Assembly (NCBI RefSeq): GCF_009914755.1
Contig: NC_060939.1
Reading direction: 5' to 3' (one strand)
Length of the DNA: 64,000 nucleotides
Source of the DNA: the human T2T-CHM13v2.0 reference genome, Homo sapiens
Shown here: positions 41,701 to 54,997 of the stretch, one piece after another
Numbering within the stretch: the stretch's first letter is position 1
How the letters are laid out: each line of letters opens with the position of its first letter
Notes under the pieces: generated by a model
What the model was told of the DNA's origin: nothing
Seen by the model: the letters and a program-made list of their open reading frames with translations, nothing else
Databases searched by the model: none
Position numbers and translations under genes: made by a program

Positions 41701-44700
41701 TCCATTCCATTCCAGTCCATTCCATTTGTGTCCACTGCATTCCATTCCACTCCATTCCATATTATTCCATTACACTCCATTCCATTCTATTACTTTCATT
41801 TCCATTCAATTCCATTCCATTTGATTCCATTCCACTCGGTTTCATTCCATTTGAGTCCACTCCATTCCATTCCATTCCATTCCATTCAGTTCCATTCCAT
41901 TCTGTTCCAATCCATTCCATTCCATTGCATTCCATTCCATTCGGTACCATTCCATATTGTTCCATTCGATTCCATTCGAATCCATTCCATTCCAGTCCAT
42001 TCCATTCGATTCCATTCCATTCCTTTACATTCCATTCCATTCCATTCCATTCCACTTGATTCCACTCCATTCCCTTCCACTGCATTCCATTCGATTCCAT
42101 TCCATTGCATTGCATTCCATTCCACTGGACAGCATTCCATTCGATTCCATTCCTTTCGAATCAATTACATAGCAATCCATTACATTCGAGTCTATTCTAT
42201 TCCGTTCCATTCGATTTCGTTCCAATCCATTCGATTCCATTCCATTCGATTCCATTCCATACTATTGCATTCCATTCTATTACATTATATTCGAATAAGT
42301 TCCATTCAAGACCATTTCTTTTGAGTCCATTCTATTTGAGTCCATTCCCTTTGATTCCATAACATTTGAGTCCATTCAATTCCATTCCTTTCGTTTCCAT
42401 TCCATTTGATGCCATTCCATTCAATTCTGTTCTACTCGACTCCAATACATTCAATTCCATTCCATCCGATTCCATTACATTCTTTTCATTTCTTATCCAT
42501 TTCAAGCCATTCCACTCCATTCCATTCCACTCGTTTCCTTTCCATTCGAGTCCATTCCTCTCCAGTCCATTCCGTTCAATCCATTCCATTCCAGTCCATT
42601 CCATTCGAGTCCGTTCCATTCCAGTCCATTCCATTCGAGTCAATTCCATCCCATTCGATGTCTTTCCATAACGATCCATTCCATTCTATTCCTTTCGATT
42701 CCATTCCATTCTATTTCATTCCATTCGATTCCCTTCCATTGGACTCCTTTCCATTCGAGTGCATTCCATTCCGTTCCATTTCTTTCCGTTCTGTACGATT
42801 CCTACCGTTCGATTTCATTTTGTTCCAGTCCATTCCTTTCGCGTCCATTCCATTCCATTTCACTCCATTCGATTCCATTCCACTCGATTCCACTTCGTTC
42901 CATTTCATTGCATTCCATTCTATTCAACTCCATTGCCTTCCTTTCCATTCCATTCGATTACATTCCATGCGATTCCATTCGAAATCGAATCAATTACATT
43001 GCAATCCATTACTATTGAGTCCGTTTTATTCCAGTCCACTGCATTCTGGTCCATTCCATTTGATTCCATTCCATTCTATTCCATTCCATACAGTTGCATT
43101 CCATTGGATTCCATTCTATATCTATAAATTCAATTCGAGCTCATTGCTTTGGAGTCCATTCTATATGATTCCATTCCATTGAAGTCCATTACATTTGGTT
43201 CAATTCCATTCCATTCCATTCCCTTCCATTCCATTCCAGTTGATATCAATCCATTCGATTCCATTCCATTCGAGCACATTCCATTCGAGTCCATTCCATT
43301 CGATGCCTTTCCATTTGATTCTATTCCATTAGTCTCCATTCAATTCCATTAATCTCCATTCCATTCCATTCTACTCCAACTGATTCCATTCCATTCTATT
43401 CCTTTCCATTCCATTTCATTCCATTCCATTCCATTTCATTCCATTCCATTCCATTCGCTTCCATTCCATTCGTGTCCATTCCACTCCAGTCCATTCCATT
43501 CATGTCCATTCCATTCCAGTCCATTCCATTTGTGTCCACTGCATTCCATTCCACTCCATTCCATATTATTCCATTACACTCCATTCCATTCTATTACTTT
43601 CATTTCCATTCAATTCCATTCCATTTGATTCCATTCCACTCGGTTTCATTCCATTTGAGTCCACTCCATTCCATTCCATTCCATTCCATTCAGTTCCATT
43701 CCATTCTGTTCCAATCCATTCCATTCCATTGCATTCCATTCCATTCGGTACCATTCCATATTGTTCCATTCGATTCCATTCGAATCCATTCCATTCCAGT
43801 CCATTCCATTCGATTCCATTCCATTCCTTTACATTCCATTCCATTCCATTCCATTCCACTTGATTCCACTCCATTCCCTTCCACTGCATTCCATTCGATT
43901 CCATTCCATTGCATTGCATTCCATTCCATTAGACAGCATTCCATTCGATTCCATTCCTTTCGAATCAATTACATAGCAATCCATTACATTCGAGTCTATT
44001 CTATTCCGTTCCATTCGATTTCGTTCCAATCCATTCGATTCCATTCCATTCGATTCCATTCCATACTATTGCATTCCATTCTATTACATTATATTCGAAT
44101 AAGTTCCATTCAAGACCATTTCTTTTGAGTCCATTCTATTTGAGTCCATTCCCTTTGATTCCATAACATTTGAGTCCATTCAATTCCATTCCTTTCGTTT
44201 CCATTCCATTTGATGCCATTCCATTCAATTCTCTTCTACTCGACTCCAATACATTCAATTCCATTCCATCCGATTCCATTACATTCTTTTCATTTCTTAT
44301 CCATTTCAAGCCATTCCACTCCATTCCATTCCACTCGTTTCCTTTCCATTCGAGTCCATTCCTCTCCAGTCCATTCCGTTCAATCCATTCCATTCCAGTC
44401 CATTCCATTCGAGTCCGTTCCATTCCAGTCCATTCCATTCGAGTCAATTCCATCCCATTCGATGTCTTTCCATAACGATCCATTCCATTCTATTCCTTTC
44501 GATTCCATTCCATTCTATTTCATTCCATTCGATTCCCTTCCATTGGACTCCTTTCCATTCGAGTGCATTCCATTCCGTTCCATTTCTTTCCGTTCTGTAC
44601 GATTCCTACCGTTCGATTTCATTTTGTTCCAGTCCATTCCTTTCGCGTCCATTCCATTCCATTTCACTCCATTCGATTCCATTCCACTCGATTCCACTTC

Positions 44701-45973
44701 GTTCCATTTCATTGCATTCCATTCTATTCAACTCCATTGCCTTCCTTTCCATTCCATTCGATTACATTCCATGCGATTCCATTCGAAATCGAATCAATTA
44801 CATTGCAATCCATTACTATTGAGTCCGTTTTATTCCAGTCCACTGCATTCTGGTCCATTCCATTTGATTCCATTCCATTCTATTCCATTCCATACAGTTG
44901 CATTCCATTGGATTCCATTCTATATCTATAAATTCAATTCGAGCTCATTGCTTTGGAGTCCATTCTATATGATTCCATTCCATTGAAGTCCATTACATTT
45001 GGTTCAATTCCATTCCATTCCATTCCCTTCCATTCCATTCCAGTTGATATCAATCCATTCGATTCCATTCCATTCGAGCACATTCCATTCGAGTCCATTC
45101 CATTCGATGCCTTTCCATTTGATTCTATTCCATTAGTCTCCATTCAATTCCATTAATCTCCATTCCATTCCATTCTACTCCAACTGATTCCATTCCATTC
45201 TATTCCTTTCCATTCCATTTCATTCCATTCCATTCCATTTCATTCCATTCCATTCCATTCGCTTCCATTCCATTCGTGTCCATTCCACTCCAGTCCATTC
45301 CATTCATGTCCATTCCATTCCAGTCCATTCCATTTGTGTCCACTGCATTCCATTCCACTCCATTCCATATTATTCCATTACACTCCATTCCATTCTATTA
45401 CTTTCATTTCCATTCAATTCCATTCCATTTGATTCCATTCCACTCGGTTTCATTCCATTTGAGTCCACTCCATTCCATTCCATTCCATTCCATTCAGTTC
45501 CATTCCATTCTGTTCCAATCCATTCCATTCCATTGCATTCCATTCCATTCGGTACCATTCCATATTGTTCCATTCGATTCCATTCGAATCCATTCCATTC
45601 CAGTCCATTCCATTCGATTCCATTCCATTCCTTTACATTCCATTCCATTCCATTCCATTCCACTTGATTCCACTCCATTCCCTTCCACTGCATTCCATTC
45701 GATTCCATTCCATTGCATTGCATTCCATTCCATTGGACAGCATTCCATTCGATTCCATTCCTTTCGAATCAATTACATAGCAATCCATTACATTCGAGTC
45801 TATTCTATTCCGTTCCATTCGATTTCGTTCCAATCCATTCGATTCCATTCCATTCGATTCCATTCCATACTATTGCATTCCATTCTATTACATTATATTC
45901 GAATAAGTTCCATTCAAGACCATTTCTTTTGAGTCCATTCTATTTGAGTCCATTCCCTTTGATTCCATAACAT
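20711..45973 (+). repeat. Tandem duplication of a 7-unit block (B-C-D-E-A-A-A), period 12631/12632 bp
   Basis: Anchor pairs 20711/33342, 22515/35146, 24303/36935, 26117/38749, 27930/40562, 29734/42366, 31538/44170. Paired private alleles: 'ctttggggtcc' (~21492/34123), 'ccaatgcatt' (~23844/36476), 'cactggacag' (~29491/42123), 'attagacag' (~31296/43928). Confidence 0.93.
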
Positions 45974-48900
45974 TTGAGTCCATTCAATTCCATTCCTTTC
46001 GTTTCCATTCCATTTGATGCCATTCCATTCAATTCTGTTCTACTCGACTCCAATACATTCAATTCCATTCCATCCGATTCCATTACATTCTTTTCATTTC
46101 TTATCCATTTCAAGCCATTCCACTCCATTCCATTCCACTCGTTTCCTTTCCATTCGAGTCCATTCCTCTCCAGTCCATTCCGTTCAATCCATTCCATTCC
46201 AGTCCATTCCATTCGAGTCCGTTCCATTCCAGTCCATTCCATTCGAGTCAATTCCATCCCATTCGATGTCTTTCCATAACGATCCATTCCATTCTATTCC
46301 TTTCGATTCCATTCCATTCTATTTCATTCCATTCGATTCCCTTCCATTGGACTCCTTTCCATTCGAGTGCATTCCATTCCGTTCCATTTCTTTCCGTTCT
46401 GTACGATTCCTACCGTTCGATTTCATTTTGTTCCAGTCCATTCCTTTCGCGTCCATTCCATTCCATTTCACTCCATTCGATTCCATTCCACTCGATTCCA
46501 CTTCGTTCCATTTCATTGCATTCCATTCTATTCAACTCCATTGCCTTCCTTTCCATTCCATTCGATTACATTCCATGCGATTCCATTCGAAATCGAATCA
46601 ATTACATTGCAATCCATTACTATTGAGTCCGTTTTATTCCAGTCCACTGCATTCTGGTCCATTCCATTTGATTCCATTCCATTCTATTCCATTCCATACA
46701 GTTGCATTCCATTGGATTCCATTCTATATCTATAAATTCAATTCGAGCTCATTGCTTTGGAGTCCATTCTATATGATTCCATTCCATTGAAGTCCATTAC
46801 ATTTGGTTCAATTCCATTCCATTCCATTCCCTTCCATTCCATTCCAGTTGATATCAATCCATTCGATTCCATTCCATTCGAGCACATTCCATTCGAGTCC
46901 ATTCCATTCGATGCCTTTCCATTTGATTCTATTCCATTAGTCTCCATTCAATTCCATTAATCTCCATTCCATTCCATTCTACTCCAACTGATTCCATTCC
47001 ATTCTATTCCTTTCCATTCCATTTCATTCCATTCCATTCCATTTCATTCCATTCCATTCCATTCGCTTCCATTCCATTCGTGTCCATTCCACTCCAGTCC
47101 ATTCCATTCATGTCCATTCCATTCCAGTCCATTCCATTTTTGTCCACTGCATTCCATTCCACTCCATTCCATATTATTCCATTACACTCCATTCCATTCT
47201 ATTACTTTCATTTCCATTCAATTCCATTCCATTTGATTCCATTCCACTCGGTTTCATTCCATTTGAGTCCACTCCATTCCATTCCATTCCATTCGATTCA
47301 GTTCCATTCCATTCTGTTCCAATCCATTCCATTCCATTGCATTCCATTCCATTCGGTACCATTCCATATTGTTCCATTCGATTCCATTCGAATCCATTCC
47401 ATTCCAGTCCATTCCATTCGATTCCATTCCATTCCTTTACATTCCATTCCATTCCATTCCATTCCACTTGATTCCACTCCATTCCCTTCCACTGCATTCC
47501 ATTCGATTCCATTCCATTGCATTGCATTCCATTCCATTGGACAGCATTCCATTCGATTCCATTCCTTTCGAATCAATTACATAGCAATCCATTACATTCG
47601 AGTCTATTCCATTCCGTTCCATTCGATTTCGTTCCAATCCATTCGATTCCATTCCATTCGATTCCATTCCATACTATTGCATTCCATTCTATTACATTAT
47701 ATTCGAATAAGTTCCATTCAAGACCATTTCTTTTGAGTCCATTCTATTTGAGTCCATTCCCTTTGATTCCATAACATTTGAGTCCATTCAATTCCATTCC
47801 TTTCGTTTCCATTCCATTTGATGCCATTCCATTCAATTCTCTTCTACTCGACTCCAATACATTCAATTCCATTCCATCCGATTCCATTACATTCTTTTCA
47901 TTTCTTATCCATTTCAAGCCATTCCACTCCATTCCATTCCACTCGTTTCCTTTCCATTCGAGTCCATTCCTCTCCAGTCCATTCCGTTCAATCCATTCCA
48001 TTCCAGTCCATTCCATTCGAGTCCGTTCCATTCCAGTCCATTCCATTCGAGTCAATTCCATCCCATTCGATGTCTTTCCATAACGATCCATTCCATTCTA
48101 TTCCTTTCGATTCCATTCCATTCTATTTCATTCCATTCGATTCCCTTCCATTGGACTCCTTTCCATTCGAGTGCATTCCATTCCGTTCCATTTCTTTCCG
48201 TTCTGTACGATTCCTACCGTTCGATTTCATTTTGTTCCAGTCCATTCCTTTCGCGTCCATTCCATTCCATTTCACTCCATTCGATTCCATTCCACTCGAT
48301 TCCACTTCGTTCCATTTCATTGCATTCCATTCTATTCAACTCCATTGCCTTCCTTTCCATTCCATTCGATTACATTCCATGCGATTCCATTCGAAATCGA
48401 ATCAATTACATTGCAATCCATTACTATTGAGTCCGTTTTATTCCAGTCCACTGCATTCTGGTCCATTCCATTTGATTCCATTCCATTCTATTCCATTCCA
48501 TACAGTTGCATTCCATTGGATTCCATTCTATATCTATAAATTCAATTCGAGATCATTGCTTTGGAGTCCATTCTATATGACTCCATTCCATTCAAGTCCA
48601 TTACATTTGGTTCAATTCCATTCCATTCCATTCCCTTCCATTCCATTCCAGTTGATATCAATCCATTCGATTCCATTCCATTCGAGCACATTCCATTCGA
48701 GTCCATTCCATTCGATGCCTTTCCATTTGATTCTATTCCATTAGTCTCCATTCAATTCCATTAATCTCCATTCCATTCCATTCTACTCCAACTGATTCCA
48801 TTCCATTCTATTCCTTTCCATTCCATTTCATTCCATTCCATTCCATTTCATTCCATTCCATTCCATTCGCTTCCATTCCATTCGTGTCCATTCCACTCCA

Positions 48901-51900
48901 GTCCATTCCATTCATGTCCATTCCATTCCAGTCCATTCCATTTGTGTCCACTGCATTCCATTCCACTCCATTCCATATTATTCCATTACACTCCATTCCA
49001 TTCTATTACTTTCATTTCCATTCAATTCCATTCCATTTGATTCCATTCCACTCGGTTTCATTCCATTTGAGTCCACTCCATTCCATTCCATTCCATTCCA
49101 TTCAGTTCCATTCCATTCTGTTCCAATCCATTCCATTCCATTGCATTCCATTCCATTCGGTACCATTCCATATTGTTCCATTCGATTCCATTCGAATCCA
49201 TTCCATTCCAGTCCATTCCATTCGATTCCATTCCATTCCTTTACATTCCATTCCATTGATTCCATTCCACTTGATTCCACTCCATTCCCTTCCACTGCAT
49301 TCCATTCGATTCCATTCCATTGCATTGCATTCCATTCCATTGGACAGCATTCCATTCGATTCCATTCCTTTCGAATCAATTACATAGCAATCCATTACAT
49401 TCGAGTCTATTCTCTTCCGTTCCATTCGATTTCGTTCCAATCCATTCGATTCCATTCCATTCGATTCCATTCCATACTATTGCATTCCATTCGATTACAT
49501 TATATTCGAATAAGTTCCATTCAAGACCATTTTTTTTGAGTCCATTCTATTTGAGTCCATTCCCTTTGATTCCATAACATTTGAGTCCATTCAATTCCAT
49601 TCCTTTCGTTTCCATTCCATTTGATGCCATTCCATTCAATTCTGTTCTACTCGACTCCAATACATTCAATTCCATTCCATCCGATTCCATTACATTCTTT
49701 TCATTTCTTATCCATTTCAAGCCATTCCACTCCATTCCATTCCACTCGTTTCCTTTCCATTCGAGTCCATTCCTCTCCAGTCCATTCCGTTCAATCCATT
49801 CCATTCCAGTCCATTCCATTCGAGTCCGTTCCATTCCAGTCCATTCCATTCGAGTCAATTCCATCCCATTCGATGTCTTTCCATAACGATCCATTCCATT
49901 CTATTCCTTTCGATTCCATTCCATTCTATTTCATTCCATTCGATTCCCTTCCATTGGACTCCTTTCCATTCGAGTGCATTCCATTCCGTTCCATTTCTTT
50001 CCGTTCTGTACGATTCCTACCGTTCGATTTTATTTTGTTCCAGTCCATTCCTTTCGCGTCCATTCCATTCCATTTCACTCCATTCGATTCCATTCCACTC
50101 GATTCCACTTCGTTCCATTTCATTGCATTCCATTCTATTCAACTCCATTGCCTTCCTTTCCATTCCATTCGATTACATTCCATGCGATTCCATTCGAAAT
50201 CGAATCAATTACATTGCAATCCATTACTATTGAGTCCGTTTTATTCCAGTCCACTGCATTCTGGTCCATTCCATTTGATTCCATTCCAATCTATTCCATT
50301 CCATACAGTTGCATTCCATTGGATTCCATTCTATATCTATAAATTCAATTCGAGATCATTGCTTTGGAGTCCATTCTATATGATTCCATTCCATTCAAGT
50401 CCATTACATTTGGTTCAATTCCATTCCATTCCATTCCCTTCCATTCCATTCCAGTTGATATCAATCCATTCGATTCCATTCCATTCGAGCACATTCCATT
50501 CGAGTCCATTCCATTCGATGCCATTCCATTTGATTCTATTCCATTAGTCTCCATTCAAATCCATTAATCTCCATTATATTCCATTCTACTCCAACTGATT
50601 CCATTCCATTCTATTCCTTTCCATTCCATTTCATTCCATTCCATTCCATTTCATTCCATTCCATTCCATTCGCTTCCATTCCATTCGTGTCCATTCCACT
50701 CCAGTCCATTCCATTAATGTCCATTCCATTCCAGTCCATTCCATTTGTGTCCACTGCATTCCATTCCACTCCATTCCATATTATTCCATTACACTCCATT
50801 CCATTCTATTACTTTCATTTCCATTCAATTCCATTCCATTTGATTCCATTCCACTCGGTTTCATTCCATTTGAGTCCACTCCATTCCATTCCATTCCATT
50901 CCATTCAGTTCCATTCCATTCTGTTCCAATCCATTCCATTCCATTGCATTCCATTCCATTCGGTACCATTCCATATTGTTCCATTCGATTCCATTCGAAT
51001 CCATTCCATTCCAGTCCATTCCATTCGATTCCATTCCATTCCTTTACATTCCATTCCATTCCATTCCATTCCACTTGATTCCACTCCATTCCCTTCCACT
51101 GCATTCCATTCGATTCCATTCCATTGCATTGCATTCCATTCCATTGGACTGCATTCCATTCGATTCCATTACATTCGAATCAATTACATAGCAATCCATT
51201 ACATTCGAGTCTATTCTATTCCGTTCCATTCGATTTCGTTCCAATCCATTCGATTCCATTCCATTTGATTCCATTCCATACTATTGCATTCCATTCGATT
51301 ACATTATATTCGAATAAGTTCCATTCAAGACCATTTCTTTTGAGTCCATTCTATTTGAGTCCATTCCCTTTGATTCCATAACATTTGAGTCCATTCAATT
51401 CCATTCCTTTCGTTTCCATTCCATTTGATGCCATTCCATTCAATTCTGTTCTACTCGACTCCAATACATTCAATTCCATTCCATCCGATTCCATTACATT
51501 CTTTTCATTTCTTATCCATTTCAAGCCATTCCACTCCATTCCATTCCACTCGTTTCCTTTCCATTCGAGTCCATTCCTCTCCAGTCCATTCCGTTCAATC
51601 CATTCCATTCCAGTCCATTCCATTCGAGTCCGTTCCATTCCAGTCCATTCCATTCGAGTCAATTCCATTCCATTCGATGTCTTTCCATAACGATCCATTC
51701 CATTCTATTCCTTTCGATTCCATTCCCTTCTATTTCATTCCATTCGATTCCCTTCCATTGGACTCCTTTCCATTCGAGTGCATTCCATTCCGTTCCATTT
51801 CTTTCTGTTCTGTACGATTCCTACCGTTCGATTTCATTTTGTTCCAGTCCATTCCTTTCGCGTCCATTCCATTCCATTTCACTCCATTCGATTCCATTCC

Positions 51901-53173
51901 ACTCGATTCCACTTCGTTCCATTTCATTGCATTCCATTCTATTTAACTCTATTGCCTTCCATTCCATTCCATTCGATTACATTCCATGCGATTCCATTCG
52001 AAATCGAATCAATTACATTGCAATCCATTACTATTGAGTCCGTTTTATTCCAGTCCACTGCATTCTGGTCTATTCCATTTGATTCCATTCCATTCTATTC
52101 CATTCCATACAGTTGCATTCCATTGGATTCCATTCTATATCTATAAATTCAATTCGAGACCATTGCTTTTGAGTCCCTTCTATATGATTCCATTCCATTC
52201 AAGTCCATTACATTTGGTTCAATTCCATTCCATTCCATTCCCTTCCATTCCATTCCAATTGATATCAGTCCATTCGATTCCATTCCATTCGAGCACATTC
52301 CATTCGAGTCCATTCCATTCGATGCCATTCCATTTGATTCTATTCCATTAGTCTCCATTCAATTCCATTAATCTCCATTCCATTCCATTCTACTCCAACT
52401 GATTCCATTCCATTCTATTCCTTTCCATTCCATTTCATACCATTCCATTCCATTTCATTCCATTCCATTCCATTCGTGTCCTTTCCACTCCAGTCCATTC
52501 CATTCGTGTCCATTCCATTCCAGTCCATTACATTTGTGTCCACTGCATTCCATTCCACTCCATTCCATATTATTCCATTACACTCCATTCCATTCTATTA
52601 CTTTCATTTCCATTCAATTCCATTCCATTTGATTCCATTCCACTTGGTTTCATTCCATTTGAGTCCACTCCATTCCATTTCATTCCATTCCATTCAGTTC
52701 CATTCCATTCTGTTCCAATCCATTCCATTCCATTGCATTCCATTCCATTCGGTACCATTCCATATTGTTCCATTCGATTCCATTCGAATCCATTCCATTC
52801 CAGTCCATTCCATTCGATTCCATTCCATTCCTTTACATTCCTTTCCATTCCATTCCATTCCACTTGATTCCACTCCATTCCCTTCCACTGCATTCCATTC
52901 GATTCCATTCCATTGCATTGCATTCCATTCCATTGGACTGCATTCCATTCGATTCCATTCCTTTCGAATCAATTACATAGCAATCCATTACATTCGAGTC
53001 TATTCTATTCCGTTCCATTCGATTTCGTTCCAATCCATTCGATTCCATTCCATTCGATTCCATTCCATACTATTGCATTCCATTCTATTACATTATATTC
53101 GAATAAGTTCCATTCAAGACCATTTCTTTTGAGTCCATTCTATTTGAGTCCATTCCCTTTGATTCCATAACAT

Positions 53174-54997
53174 TTGAGTCCATTCAATTCCATTCCTTTC
53201 GTTTCCATTCCATTTGATGCCATTCCATTCAATTCTGTTCTACTCGTCTCCAATACATTCAATTCCATTCCATCCGATTCCATTACATTCTTTTCATTTC
53301 TTATCCATTTCAAGCCATTCCACTCCATTCCATTCCACTCGTTTCCTTTCCATTCGAGTCCATTCCTCTCCAGTCCATTCCGTTCAATCCATTCCATTCC
53401 AGTCCATTCCATTCGAGTCCGTTCCATTCCAGTCCATTCCATTCGAGTCAATTCCATTCCATTCGATGTCTTTCCATAACGATCCATTCCATTCTATTCC
53501 TTTCGATTCCATTCCATTCTATTTCATTCCATTCGATTCCCTTCCATTGGACTCCTTTCCATTCGAGTGCATTCCATTCCGTTCCATTTCTTTCCGTTCT
53601 GTACGATTCCTACCGTTCGATTTCATTTTGTTCCAGTCATTTCCTTTCGCGTCCATTCCATTCCTTTTCACTCCATTCGATTCCATTCCACTCGATTCCA
53701 CTTCGTTCCATTTCATTGCATTCCATTCTATTCAACTCTATTGCCTTCCATTCCATTCCGTTCGATTACATTCCATGCGATTCCATTCGAAATCGAATCA
53801 ATTACATTGCAATCCATTACTATTGAGTCCGTTTTATTCCAGTCCACTGCATTCTGGTCCATTCCATTTGATTCCATTCCATTCTATTCCATTCCATACA
53901 GTTGCATTCCATTGGATTCCATGCTATATCTATAAATTAAATTCGAGACCATTGCTTTTGAGTCCATTCTATATGATTCCATTCCATTCAAGTCCATTAC
54001 ATTTGGTTAAATTCCATTCCATTCCGTTCAATTCCATTCCATTCCATTCCCTTCCATTCCATTCCAGTTGATATCAATCCATTCGATTCCATTCCATTCG
54101 AGCACATTCCATTCGAGTCCATTCCATTCGATGCCTTTCCATTTGATTCTATTCCATTAGTCTCCATTCAATTCCATTAATCTCCATTCCATTCCATTCT
54201 ACTCCAACTGATTCCATTCCATTCTATTCCTTTCCATTCCATTTCATTCCATTCCATTCCATTTCATTCCATTCCATTCCATTCGCTTCCATTCCATTCG
54301 TGTCCATTCCACTCCAGTCCATTCCATTCATGTCCATTCCATTCCAGTCCATTCCATTTGTGTCCACTGCATTCCATTCCACTCCATTCCATATTATTCC
54401 ATTACACTCCATTCCATTCTATTACTTTCATTTCCATTCAATTCCATTCCATTTGATTCCATTCCACTCGGTTTCATTCCATTTGAGTCCACTCCATTCC
54501 ATTCCATTCCATTCCATTCAGTTCCATTCCATTCTGTTCCAATCCATTCCATTCCATTGCATTCCATTCCATTCGGTACCATTCCATATTGTTCCATTCG
54601 ATTCCATTCGAATCCATTCCATTCCAGTCCATTCCATTCGATTCCATTCCATTCCTTTACATTCCATTCCATTCCATTCCATTCCACTTGATTCCACTCC
54701 ATTCCCTTCCACTGCATTCCATTCGATTCCATTCCATTGCATTGCATTCCATTCCATTGGACAGCATTCCATTCGATTCCATTCCTTTCGAATCAATTAC
54801 ATAGCAATCCATTACATTCGAGTCTATTCTATTCCGTTCCATTCGATTTCGTTCCAATCCATTCGATTCCATTCCATTCGATTCCATTCCATACTATTGC
54901 ATTCCATTCTATTACATTATATTCGAATAAGTTCCATTCAAGACCATTTCTTTTGAGTCCATTCTATTTGAGTCCATTCCCTTTGATTCCATAACAT
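53174..54997 (+). repeat. 1824-bp hybrid unit (D-type 5' part, A-type 3' part)
   Basis: D markers ('ctcgtctcc', 'gtcatttcc', 'ccatgctat', 'ggttaaatt') run to ~54030. A markers ('gcctttcc' ~54133, 'tcgcttcc', 'ggacagc') follow. Length is 1804+20. Confidence 0.87.
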
